Positions 1-9,102 of a stretch of 64,000 nt of DNA are shown here, piece by piece (positions within the stretch are counted from its first letter, which is position 1; the number at the start of each line of letters is the position of its first letter). The notes beneath the pieces are model-generated. The model saw nothing but the letters and a program-made list of their open reading frames with translations, made no database searches and had not been told where the DNA came from. The DNA is from Acidobacteriota bacterium (GTDB lineage Bacteria > Acidobacteriota > UBA6911 > RPQK01 > JAJDTT01). Location: contig CBDCJH010000002.1 of NCBI GenBank assembly GCA_965217775.1, positions 3,936,001-4,000,000 of the forward strand, given 5' to 3'. The translations under genes and the position numbers were made by a program.

Positions 1-277
1 GGAGATCGAGACGGATGCCGAAGTGGTTGGGATGGCCGCGCGAGCGCCGTCGAACCTCATTGATCCCGCCACGCTCACGAAGGGCGCGGTCCAGCGAGAA
101 ATGCAAGGCCTGTGCGGTAAACCGTAGTGAGTCGAGGAAATTGCTCTTCCCGGCGCCGTTCGGGCCGACGAGGATCGTCAGTGGCGCCAGTTTGATATCG
201 CAGGCGGCGATGCTCTTGTAATTTCGCAGGACGACCCGTGTGATCGTCCTGGGATCAGCGTCAATCTTCACAGACAT
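1..277 (-). CDS. AAA/ABC-type ATPase (AAA_15/AAA_21-like), N-terminal part; runs off the left edge
   Basis: Not in the ORF track. Manual translation from ATG at 277 gives MSVKIDADPRTITRVVLRNYKSIAACDIKLAPLTILVGPNGAGKSNFLDSLRF, with an N-terminal NYKS motif and Walker A GPNGAGKS. Confidence 0.8.
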   Translation of the reverse strand, partial: MSVKIDADPRTITRVVLRNYKSIAACDIKLAPLTILVGPNGAGKSNFLDSLRFTAQALHFSLDRALRERGGINEVRRRSRGHPNHFGIRLDL

Positions 278-311
278 TCCACCCCGAGAGTCAGCTTGCC
301 AACCACGCCCC

Positions 312-440
312 TTACTTGTAACACACGAGCCGGAAGCCCCGGTCAGCACAATGCCGAGCAAAGGCAAACACCGTGGACAATCCTACGTCGTCCGCGTTCG
401 GCACCGCATAGAAAACGGAGAGGCCGACACAGAGCCCATC
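312..440 (-). pseudogene. Degraded PIN-domain (VapC-like) toxin remnant
   Basis: Directly downstream of an RHH antitoxin. VFAFARHCADRGFRLV resembles the VapC C-terminal AFAFDxHFxxxGFxL motif with the Asp lost; the N-terminal DT motif is absent. Confidence 0.5.
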
Positions 441-696
441 ATTCCCGGGATGTTTCACAGGCAGAAACGAAAAAGTCGTCGTGGCGGCGGGCGACATCGC
501 TTCGCCCGGAGTGGAATCGCCCGGCAGCGCTGATTGCACGCTGTGCGCTGCCCGTGTGCGCCCCCTGCTCCTTCCGAGTCAGGAATATGTCCACCCCGTC
601 GCTCACCAACACCGAGATCGACAATCCCCGCTCCGCGGCAAGCAATCGCAATCGAAGGAGCTGCTGTTGCGTCAACTGCACCGGGGTTCGAGCCAT
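439..696 (-). CDS. CopG/ribbon-helix-helix antitoxin
   Basis: MARTPVQLTQQQLLRLRLLAAERGLSISVLV...AAGRFHSGRSDVARRHDDF matches the RHH antitoxins of vapBC pairs. Confidence 0.7.
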   Translation of the reverse strand: MARTPVQLTQQQLLRLRLLAAERGLSISVLVSDGVDIFLTRKEQGAHTGSAQRAISAAGRFHSGRSDVARRHDDFFVSACETSRE

Positions 697-703
697 AGCC
701 GAC

Positions 704-732
704 ATAATGGTACGTCACCGCCTGAATGACAA
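704..732 (-). promoter_or_regulatory. Sigma70-like promoter of the RHH antitoxin, probably leaderless
   Basis: Minus strand TTGTCA (732-727), 17-nt spacer, CATTAT (709-704); ATG follows 7 nt later. Confidence 0.5.
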
Positions 733-744
733 CATTCCGGGTTT

Positions 745-2082
745 AAGGTGGCGGCGGTGGCGGCAAACGCCGTCCCGGCCTTCGCTTCGGACTCGCCGGC
801 CAGCGCCTGTTCCCACTGGCGTTGGGCCGTCTTTCGATGCCGCGCCAGGGAGATGGCGAACGCCTCGATGGACGACAGCAGCCTCTGTTGCAGGCCGGTC
901 ACCAGCAGGCCGGCGGCCGCGCGGGCGCGCGCCTTGGCCCTCCGGAACCGTTTCTCCCGCAGGCCGCGGTAGCGGTCGAGAAGCCGTGAGAGGACGAGTT
1001 CCGCGGCATCCTCCGGCAGGCCGTCGATAAGCACACGGCGCACCTCGCGTTGGGGAAAGCCGCCCTGCACTTCGCGGATGTCCTCCTTGAGGCGCCGCAC
1101 CATCACCGCTTCGAGGGCGGCCTTTCCCCGCACCGGCACGCCTCGGGTGAAGCGGTAGGGGTCGAGCAACTCCAGCAGCGTGGAGAAGCTGTTGGAGTGG
1201 CCGTTGTGGGGGGGTGGCGGAAAGGAACAGGCGATGCTCGAACCGGCCGCTGAGGTCGCGGATGGCGCGGGTGAACTTGGTCTCGATGCCGTAACGGCCG
1301 CCGCTCGACGGCGCCGCGTGGTGGGCTTCGTCCAGGATCAGCAGGCTGCCCGGCAACAGGTCGCCCAGCCACTCTCGCATGGGGTCCGCATACGCCGGGT
1401 CGATGAGCAGATTGTGCGAGACCAGAAACCGGCTGTGGGTGCGCCACGGGTTGACGCCGAACCCACGCTCCTGACGGACACGCGCCAGATAAGCCCGGTC
1501 CAGGATCACGAACAGGAGGCCGAAGCGCTCCTCCATTTCGGCCTTCCACTGCTCCAGGACTGACGCGGGCGCGGCGACGACCACCGTCCGGACTTTCTTG
1601 CGGAGCAGCAACTCGCGGGCGATGAGGCCGGCCTCGATGGTCTTGCCCAGGCCGGTGTCGTCCGCGATGAACAGGTTGACGCGCGGCAACCGGAGCGCCT
1701 TGCGCAGCGGCTCCATCTGGTAGGCATCGATCTTGATTCCGGCTCGGAAGGGCGATTGGAAGAGATTGGGATCGGTGGCGGTGACACAGTTCCAGCGCAG
1801 GGTGTGCAGGAAGGCGCTGAAGTGGCGCGGCGGGTCGAAGCCCTTGGCGCCGAGGTCGCTCCACGACTCCTGCTCCAGGATGCGACGGTCGATCTCGAAG
1901 TCCCAGTAGATGTCCAGGGTCTGTCCCTGGGCATCGTCGTCGGCGCAGGCTAAACGCACGCGAGGGAACATCGGCGAGCCGTCTGACTCCACCGATTCCA
2001 CGAGCCACCGACGTGACCGCACTTCCACGAGCTCGCCCACCTTCGGCGGGCGTTCAGGCAGTATTGTGTGCGCGTGTTCCAA
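745..2082 (-). pseudogene. drmD: DISARM-type SNF2 helicase DrmD, frameshifted and C-terminally truncated
   Basis: SPFRAGIKIDAYQMEPLRKALRLPRVNLFIADDTGLGKT and DEAHH motifs. The SATPHNG motif is broken by an extra base in the G7 run at 1208-1214; the reading frame continues in ORF 672..1169 (MVRRLKEDI, QRLLSS) and similarity ends near 745 with no helicase C-terminal domain. Confidence 0.8.
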
Positions 2083-2336
2083 GTCGCCGTTTCCCCAGAG
2101 GGCCGAGTGTACACTGGCGCAAGTGGCAATTCATGCCTATGGACTATGCCTAGACTACCTAAAAAGTGAATCGAGTTGTGCTCGGAACGGGACGTTTCCA
2201 CGGCCCGTCACTCGGGAGTGTGGGGGACTAAAAGTCCCCTCCTATGTTGCCTGAAATCGATATGTACTCTACTCCGGACCGCTCCGCCAGTTCTTCGTTG
2301 GTTCGGAAAAATGGGGAAATCCAGTCCTTGGTCCGC

Positions 2337-2365
2337 TTGACACGGAGTGACTCGAAAAATATCTG
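2337..2365 (+). promoter_or_regulatory. Putative sigma70 promoter of vapB
   Basis: TTGACA at 2337-2342, 17-nt spacer, weak -10 TATCTG; ATG follows 6 nt later. Confidence 0.4.
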
Positions 2366-2371
2366 TTGAAC

Positions 2372-2566
2372 ATGAAACGAATGGATCTCCTTCTGAATGA
2401 GGAGCTACTCGAAGAGACGTTGCGCCTTAGTGGAGATCCCACCTATTCAAGAACGGTGACACGAGCGATGACCGAGTTCGTGAAACGGGCCAAGGCAGGG
2501 CGGATCCTGCACCTCGCCGGCTCGGGACTATGGGAAGGCGACCTGGACCGGATGCGGGGCAACTAG
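2372..2566 (+). CDS. vapB: VapB-family (DUF2191-like) antitoxin, orphan
   Basis: MKRMDLLLNEELLEETLRLSG..TYSRTVTRAM...LAGSGLWEGDLDRMR is the typical pattern; no toxin gene follows. Confidence 0.75.
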   Translation: MKRMDLLLNEELLEETLRLSGDPTYSRTVTRAMTEFVKRAKAGRILHLAGSGLWEGDLDRMRGN

Positions 2567-2591
2567 CGACGCAAGTCCCGTTAGTCACGCC

Positions 2592-4118
2592 TTACTCATT
2601 TCCCTCACGAAGCCGGTTCACGGTGTAGGCGGCCAGCTTCGTCACCAGCGGTTCGCCGTCTTGGGAACGAATTCTCTGCCCCGGGCGCAGTTCGTACACA
2701 CGACCCTTCAACAAGGGATCCGAAAGGCGGAGCGACACTCGGCGTGCATCTTCCGAGACGGACACCTTCTCGATCCGGACCGGAGTGACGTCTGTCTTGG
2801 GCGACCCGTACTCCCCGTGGTAGCGGTAGTAGTAATGGAACAGGGAATAGTCATCGACGAGTGCCGCGGTGGCCGGATCCACCGGCTGGGTGAAGACGAG
2901 GTCGAACCCCGATTCGGTCAACCGCATCTCCTGGATATCCATGGGAGTCTCTCCCGTCCAGGCCACCCGCTGCAATCCCTCTCCGATTCCCCAGATCCGT
3001 GAGGTCTGCGCCACGTAGAGGTCTCCATTCGGGGAGAAGGCCAACCGGATGTTTCCCTTGCGAAGCCCGCGCCCCTCGATGAACGGGAAGCAGGCCCCCT
3101 GCCAGGTCCCCGCGACCTTTTCCAGGTAGACCCGGTGAATCCGGGGATAGGTCCAGTCGGCGATGAACATCTGGCCCGAGTAGGGGCCGAACCGGCCTCC
3201 GGTGCGGTCCTCCAGAGGCTGTCCCAGGGAACCGGCCATGTCGTTCTGAGGAAGCTGGATCGCCGGCATCGTGCGCCAACGCGCCAACGTCTTCACCTCG
3301 ACATCCACGGGGTTGATGCCCTCGAAGTCCGGATGCCAATTCAGAGAGGAGGGGTGTCCATAGAACGATCCGGGCGTGACATGATGCAGAGGAGAGGTCC
3401 CGACCCAGCCCCCCTGGTTGTCGGTGGCGAACAGCGCCCCTTCCCGGTTGAACCCCAGGCCGTTGGGCTGCCGGAAGCCGGAGGCGACGGGCACGAAGTC
3501 GCCGGCAGGAGTGACCTTGATCACCCAGCCGCGATAGGACACGGGTGAATTGTGCCCGAACCGGCCCACCGTTCCGGGCTTGGGGTTTTCAGCGACCCGT
3601 CTCCGATTTGTCGCCGGTCCCCTGCCCGATGACCTGTGACGGCTCGAGCCCGAGGCCAATCCCAGACCCAGGTAGAAGTTCCCTTCCCCGTCCCGGACCA
3701 GACCATAGGCAAATTCGTGGTAGTTGCCCGACATTCCCCATTCGTCGCTGAGGGTCTGGTAGTGATCGGCCCGTCCATCTCCATCGGTGTCAACGATCCG
3801 CGTCAACTCGGACTGCTGCACCACGAAATATTCCCCCGGCTTCCCCGCAACGATTCCCAGCGGGATCTGGAGTCCGGCGGCGAACCGGCTCCAGAGGCCC
3901 GAGTCCTCATCCCGCCGGTAGAGGCCCCCGCGGCGAAAGCAGGCCACCAGCCGGCCGCGTGAATCGAAATCGATCCCGCCTACCTCGGGCGCCACGCCCC
4001 GGGGTGTCTCCACGGTCTCGATCCGGTAGCTCTCCCTGGGGACCTGCGCCAAGGCGGAGAATGGAACGAACCAAGCCGCCGCCAGCCCTAGCAAGACCAG
4101 AGCTCCGGTTTCTCTCAT
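2592..4118 (-). CDS. Secreted beta-propeller protein (glucose/sorbosone dehydrogenase-like, PVC-type)
   Basis: Signal peptide; DTDGDGRAD, NYHEFAYG, GFRQPNG, TDNQG and GPYSGQMF motifs; ATGA overlap with the upstream cytochrome gene. Confidence 0.7.
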   Translation of the reverse strand: MRETGALVLLGLAAAWFVPFSALAQVPRESYRIETVETPRGVAPEVGGIDFDSRGRLVACFRRGGLYRRDEDSGLWSRFAAGLQIPLGIVAGKPGEYFVVQQSELTRIVDTDGDGRADHYQTLSDEWGMSGNYHEFAYGLVRDGEGNFYLGLGLASGSSRHRSSGRGPATNRRRVAENPKPGTVGRFGHNSPVSYRGWVIKVTPAGDFVPVASGFRQPNGLGFNREGALFATDNQGGWVGTSPLHHVTPGSFYGHPSSLNWHPDFEGINPVDVEVKTLARWRTMPAIQLPQNDMAGSLGQPLEDRTGGRFGPYSGQMFIADWTYPRIHRVYLEKVAGTWQGACFPFIEGRGLRKGNIRLAFSPNGDLYVAQTSRIWGIGEGLQRVAWTGETPMDIQEMRLTESGFDLVFTQPVDPATAALVDDYSLFHYYYRYHGEYGSPKTDVTPVRIEKVSVSEDARRVSLRLSDPLLKGRVYELRPGQRIRSQDGEPLVTKLAAYTVNRLREGNE

Positions 4119-6628
4119 TCCCTTCCGCTCCCCACCAGGATCTCAAAGCGAGTGTCCCCGTCGATGGGAATCCGAACGCGGTCCTTCTCTACGGTTCCCC
4201 GGCTCGCGGTCATCCGAACCGGACCCACGACGATCGCGTCGAACCGGAGCGGAACCTGGACCCGCTCGATCCGAAACTCCCACCGAAATCCGTCCGCTGC
4301 TGCCGTGGGACGGATTCGTTCGTAGACCTCCGCTCCGCCCACCGAGTAATGGAATTCCGGGACATCGTCTCGCAGGCGGTAACCCCGAATGCGGCTCTCC
4401 GGAACGCGTTCGGAATCGGCCAACCGGAATGGGAAACGGGTCGACCGGAAAAATCGCCTCCCAGGGATCTTGGGGGTGAGTGTGTAACCGTCGGCTCCGG
4501 TCTTCCTGTGCATGGTGGCCTCAAGATCCAGAAACTCCCCCCGCCAGGCGTACAGGAGACGGTGCGTGCCGGCATCGAAGCAGTAGGAGAGACCGCCGGG
4601 AAGACCCACTGCGATCGCCGCCGGAGTCGCCTCCGGCATGATGGTCCGAACCACGACGCTTGCAGCGGAGGGAACCGGGCGGGTTTCGGCCGTCCAGGGA
4701 TCGGGCGGCGGATCCAGCCCGACGGGAAAAGGGCCGGCCGCACCGACGCCGAGCGCCCCCCAGATCCTCTGAATGCTCTCTTCCCTCTCCTCTGGTGCGA
4801 TGTCCGTGAAGTGCTCCGGCATCGAGGTCCCGGACAGGATCCGGGCAGGATTCAACATGAATCGCCGGTACCACGGATACCGGAGGCGATGAGCGGCGGC
4901 GGCCAACTGGGGCGCCCGCTCCCCCTGGGCCCGGTAGTCCGCCCAGTCATGACAGCCGGTACAGCCCAGGCTTTTTCCTTCCGTGTCCCGCCCCAACAGC
5001 GTCAGTCCGTGACTCGTATCTTGCTGGGACGTCACCGACTCCACGGCAGGAGCCGAAGGATCGAGACCCGAAGCCTGGGCGAACCCGTGGATCAGCGGTT
5101 CCACCTGGTTTCGAGGAAAACCGGGCATGCGCAGAGTGAGCCAACTCCTGAGCCGGACGTTCTCCAGAAGCGCCTGTTCCAGGAATTCGAGCCGCAGCTT
5201 CTCGCCGGCTGCAGTCAGGACCGGCGCTCCGGCCGCCTGCCCGCTGCCGAATTGGTCCATGACATGACAGGCCGTGCAACGGAGCCGGCGGACCCGGCGG
5301 TAGAAGTCATAGACGGGTGCGGGGCTGGTGTCGGGGAATCGTTGTTGAAGGCGGATGAAGTTTCGAATCGCCGCCCGCTGTTGTCCGTCCAAGCGATAAC
5401 GGGGAAGGGTGGGTCCAGGATTTTCAGCCAGACATCCCCCATCCAGAGACAGGTCGGCTGCGGCGGGGGCCGGCGGATGGGAATCGGCGGCATGCTCGCG
5501 GTCCTCCAGCGCGTGACAGGAGAGACATCCCCGGGACCGGATCAGCTCCTCTCCGCGGGCCGCATTGCCTCCCGTCACCGGCTTTCCCGGCGACTCCGGC
5601 CCGGAACTGGTCAGGTAGGCGGCAATCTGCAGCGCCTCCGCGTCATCCAGGTGCAGCGAAGGCATACGGCTCCCAGGATGGTGGCGGGCGGGGTCCTCCA
5701 GGTAGCGGGCCAAACCGGCGACGGTCAGCTTCGACCCGACGCCATCCAAGGAATAACTTTCCGAGGTGTGGCATGCGGTGCAACCCAGAGAGGCGTAGAG
5801 GTCGCGGCCGCGGCCGGCGTCCACGTCCGGCCGGTCCGCTTCTCGAACCGGCAAGCCGGTGATCGCCCGCGAAGTGAGAAACGCCGTTACGTCCCTGGCC
5901 TCCTCCTCGTCCAGCAACGCCGGCATGGTCGCTTCAGGTCGGACCGCGGCCGGATCAAGCAGCCAGCGGTGAAGCCAAACCGGGTCCAGCCCGGCGGCGG
6001 CGGTCAAGTCGGGTCCGCGTCGGCGATCCAGGGATTCAGACCCACTAATGTGACAATTGACGCATCCCAGGTTCTCGACCAGGTCTCGGCCCCGTTCGAC
6101 CCGGTCCTGGTCCGGACCGGGCGCGCTCCCCGGTTCATGGAACAGGACCCGGGAAGGGACCGGCTCCAGAGGAAAATGCTCCGATTCCCAGCGCAGCCGG
6201 AGCCGGGCCGGCCCCGGAAGACGCCGATATCTAAGCCGAATGCGATGTCGGCCGGCGCCCAGGACCACGGCTTCGTTGCCGACCCTCTTACCGCCGACCT
6301 CCAACCGGCCCCCGCCCTCGAATCGATAGCGGCCCGGCTCCAGAATCGAAAGGAAGCCCTCCCACTCGGCTTGGAAACCGGGGTCCAGGGAGGGGTGAAG
6401 GGACTCTCCTTCCTCCAGGTAGAAATTGGGAGTCGGAGTCACCAAGTGGACCCGATGCCGTCCGTCTTCGTAGCGGGCGGCCAACCCCGGCCGGAGTTCC
6501 CTCTTCCCGAGGTCCGGCGGTCCCGGGGACGAACCCGTCTCACTTCCCGGACGGCAGGCACCCATGACGGTCAAGACGAAAAGAATGAGAAGGCCGTCAA
6601 ACCGGAATCGACTCGATTTCGGATTCAC
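4115..6628 (-). CDS. PA14-like domain plus pentahaem c-type cytochrome, probable lipoprotein
   Basis: GTG start at 6628 after a GAGGAG RBS; lipobox-like VMGAC; five CxxCH motifs (CVNCH, CTACH, CLSCH, CTACH, CTGCH). The ORF-track extension to 7975 is spurious. Confidence 0.8.
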   Translation of the reverse strand: MNPKSSRFRFDGLLILFVLTVMGACRPGSETGSSPGPPDLGKRELRPGLAARYEDGRHRVHLVTPTPNFYLEEGESLHPSLDPGFQAEWEGFLSILEPGRYRFEGGGRLEVGGKRVGNEAVVLGAGRHRIRLRYRRLPGPARLRLRWESEHFPLEPVPSRVLFHEPGSAPGPDQDRVERGRDLVENLGCVNCHISGSESLDRRRGPDLTAAAGLDPVWLHRWLLDPAAVRPEATMPALLDEEEARDVTAFLTSRAITGLPVREADRPDVDAGRGRDLYASLGCTACHTSESYSLDGVGSKLTVAGLARYLEDPARHHPGSRMPSLHLDDAEALQIAAYLTSSGPESPGKPVTGGNAARGEELIRSRGCLSCHALEDREHAADSHPPAPAAADLSLDGGCLAENPGPTLPRYRLDGQQRAAIRNFIRLQQRFPDTSPAPVYDFYRRVRRLRCTACHVMDQFGSGQAAGAPVLTAAGEKLRLEFLEQALLENVRLRSWLTLRMPGFPRNQVEPLIHGFAQASGLDPSAPAVESVTSQQDTSHGLTLLGRDTEGKSLGCTGCHDWADYRAQGERAPQLAAAAHRLRYPWYRRFMLNPARILSGTSMPEHFTDIAPEEREESIQRIWGALGVGAAGPFPVGLDPPPDPWTAETRPVPSAASVVVRTIMPEATPAAIAVGLPGGLSYCFDAGTHRLLYAWRGEFLDLEATMHRKTGADGYTLTPKIPGRRFFRSTRFPFRLADSERVPESRIRGYRLRDDVPEFHYSVGGAEVYERIRPTAAADGFRWEFRIERVQVPLRFDAIVVGPVRMTASRGTVEKDRVRIPIDGDTRFEILVGSGRE

Positions 6629-6699
6629 GGATGATCCGATCCCTCTCCTCCATCTCCGGATCGGTGCGAGCAGAACAGGTCCTGGAGATTCCGCAAGCT

Positions 6700-8052
6700 T
6701 CACTCCGAACTTCCGGTGCGTCTTACCAGCTCCTCCACCTTTTCCACGATGATCTCTTCCACCGGCGCCCGGAAGGGGCCTGATTGCCCGTAGCCGACCA
6801 TGGCGCCTGCACCTTCGTAGCCGCCCTCCTTGAGCACCCTCAGGGAGGGAATGTAAGCGAAGACCTCGTTGGAATAGCCGGCGACCCAGACCGTGTCCCA
6901 TCCGTGGGCCTCCCTGAGCCGCAGGGAGTAGTCGACGACCACCTCGCCCGCCAGGTGAATCAGGGTGAGGTCCTCCCCGAACTGCCAGACCTGAATCGGG
7001 TACGGATAGCTGTCCGGCAGCCTCCCCTCCCTCTCGATTCTCTCCAGCAGGAACCGGGCGTGACGCTGGCGGCTTCCCGTCTCCCGCCGGACCCGGGCTT
7101 CCAGCTCTAAGCGCGAAGGCGGCTTGCTGAAGGGGATCGCCACCCGCTCGAAGGCGGTGGTGAGAGGACCCCCGACCGGAGCCATCTCCCCGTCCAGCAC
7201 CAGGTCCACGGCAAATGCCAGAATCCGGCCGTAGCTCCTGGCCAGATCCACCGATCTTCGGGGGAGGGGGTTGGCGTCGGCTCCGCAGCCGGTGACGAAC
7301 AGGGCGGTGGTGCCCGGATGCTTTTCCTGCAGGGATTCCTGAGCAAATCCGGGCCAGTCTCCATTGATCTGGTAGCCGGACAGGACCGTGGCATGGCAGG
7401 CGTATCCGAAGACCACGGCCCGCAACTCGCCGTCGGCTCCGTGCACGGCCAGGACCGGGACGTCGTGGTCCACCGGACCGGGCAGATGCCGCTTCCCGGT
7501 CCGGACACGGCGGCGATTGACGGCAAACCCCGCCGACCCCTGTCCGAAAGTGAGCCGAGCCGGCGAGAGCTGCTCCACGGACTGGCCGATCACCTTCACG
7601 ATCTCGTCCAGGACCCAACTGGTGTAACGGCGGACGACTCGAACGTGCTCCCGTTCCATGGGGTATGCCGGCCGAAGTACGTCCCCGGCGACGGGGCCGC
7701 TGTGAGTGTGGGAGAAGTTGAGGCCGACCCGGTCCCGGCTCAGCCCGAATTCCTGCCAGGCCCGGTCCGCGATCTGGTCCGAGAGGCGGCGGCTGAGTCC
7801 CAGCAGATCGATGGTCACCAGGACGGTCACCGCCCCGGTCTCGTCCTCCAGGGCCAGAGCCTTGGCGTGAATTTCCTGCAAGACCTCCCCCGAAGGCCGT
7901 TCCCGGGACCCATAGCCCGCCAGCCAAATGGGTTCTTTGGGCGTGATCGGCACACTGGCCACTCCCGCTTTCCACCCCGATTGCCCCTGACCGGCAGCGG
8001 TCTCAACAACCAACAGAAACAATACAATCGTCCAGGGCGAGACTCTTTTCAT
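6700..8052 (-). CDS. Neutral/alkaline ceramidase N-terminal-domain family hydrolase, secreted
   Basis: ITP..LAGYG, SHTHSGP, VNRR, YACHAT, GCGADANP and GGYE motifs; signal peptide. Confidence 0.8.
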   Translation of the reverse strand: MKRVSPWTIVLFLLVVETAAGQGQSGWKAGVASVPITPKEPIWLAGYGSRERPSGEVLQEIHAKALALEDETGAVTVLVTIDLLGLSRRLSDQIADRAWQEFGLSRDRVGLNFSHTHSGPVAGDVLRPAYPMEREHVRVVRRYTSWVLDEIVKVIGQSVEQLSPARLTFGQGSAGFAVNRRRVRTGKRHLPGPVDHDVPVLAVHGADGELRAVVFGYACHATVLSGYQINGDWPGFAQESLQEKHPGTTALFVTGCGADANPLPRRSVDLARSYGRILAFAVDLVLDGEMAPVGGPLTTAFERVAIPFSKPPSRLELEARVRRETGSRQRHARFLLERIEREGRLPDSYPYPIQVWQFGEDLTLIHLAGEVVVDYSLRLREAHGWDTVWVAGYSNEVFAYIPSLRVLKEGGYEGAGAMVGYGQSGPFRAPVEEIIVEKVEELVRRTGSSE

Positions 8053-8059
8053 GACCTCC

Positions 8060-9007
8060 TCACTCCTGTTCTTCGGTCAGGATTTCGTCCGCGAACCGGC
8101 GGACTGCGTCCAGGGTCTCCCGGGTGCTCGGAGCGTCCACCGAGAGGACCAGGTAGTCGAGTCCCGCTTCCCGATAGCGGCGGACGTCGTCGCGGACTTG
8201 CGCGGCGGTGCCGGTCAGGTGGAGCCGTTCTCCGTTGCCGTCGTAACGGGCATCTCCCAGGACCAGCGTGTGTCTCAGAGTGACGCCCACGGTCCGCGGG
8301 TCCCGTCCCTCCGCGCGGCAGATTCGATCCAGATCCTGGCGGGCCGTCCCGACTTGGCGGGGAGAGAGCCGAATACCGTGCCAGGCGTCGCCCAGCCGGA
8401 CGCTCCGGCGCAGGGCGAAGCGGGAATTCCCTCCCACCCAGATGGGAGGATGCGGCTGCTGCACCGGCCGCGGGAAGAAGACCATTCCCGAGGTGCGGAA
8501 GTGCTCTCCCCGGTACTCCGGGACCTCTTGGGCGCACGCGGCCTTGAAGATCTCGATGTGCTCGTCGGTAAGCGCGCCCCGCTTCCGGTAGGGCGCCCCC
8601 ATGGAGGCGAATTCTTCCGGCATCCAACCGACGCCCACGCCGTAGATCACCCGCCCTCCGGAGAGGACGTCCAAGGTGGTGATCATCTTGGCGTTCAAGA
8701 GGGGATTCCGGAAAGGAAGGACCAGGACGCTGACGCCCAGGCGCAACCGGCGGGTGGACCCTCCCACGAAGCTGAGGGTGGCCAGGGACTCCAGGACATT
8801 CTGTGCCTCGGGACTGGCCTTGCCGGGACCGAACTGGCCCGGGTAGCGCCGCACCAGATCCGCGGGGAAGAGAGTCCGGTCGCTGACCCAGACCGAGTCG
8901 AATCCGGCGCCTTCGATGGCCTCGGTCATCCTCAGGACGTAATCGGCCTGAGCTCCGGCGGTGACTGCCGGTGTGACCGAAGTGGTCGCGGCGACTCCGA
9001 ACTTCAT
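8060..9007 (-). CDS. LLM-class (luciferase-like) oxidoreductase, probable F420-dependent type
   Basis: GFDSVWVSD, LDVLSGGR, GVGVGWMPEEF and PPIWVGG motifs. Confidence 0.85.
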   Translation of the reverse strand: MKFGVAATTSVTPAVTAGAQADYVLRMTEAIEGAGFDSVWVSDRTLFPADLVRRYPGQFGPGKASPEAQNVLESLATLSFVGGSTRRLRLGVSVLVLPFRNPLLNAKMITTLDVLSGGRVIYGVGVGWMPEEFASMGAPYRKRGALTDEHIEIFKAACAQEVPEYRGEHFRTSGMVFFPRPVQQPHPPIWVGGNSRFALRRSVRLGDAWHGIRLSPRQVGTARQDLDRICRAEGRDPRTVGVTLRHTLVLGDARYDGNGERLHLTGTAAQVRDDVRRYREAGLDYLVLSVDAPSTRETLDAVRRFADEILTEEQE

Positions 9008-9102
9008 GCCTTTCCTGCGCCCTCCGCCCGGGAATCTTATCACCCCGGTGAAGGAGCGGTGATAGACTTCGGTGAAGCCGCAACGAGCATTTCGCGGAGT
9101 AC

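Noticed and set aside
2223-2239. Hairpin GGGGACT-AAA-AGTCCCC as a terminator
   Set aside because: Lies between divergent genes with no U tract; a single short REP-like palindrome with no supportable function.
3959-7975. 891-aa plus-strand ORF and the N-terminal extension of the 1286-aa ORF
   Set aside because: Shadow or alternate-frame ORFs typical of high GC, overlapping the well-supported cytochrome and ceramidase-like genes; the same applies to most other long antisense ORFs in the track.
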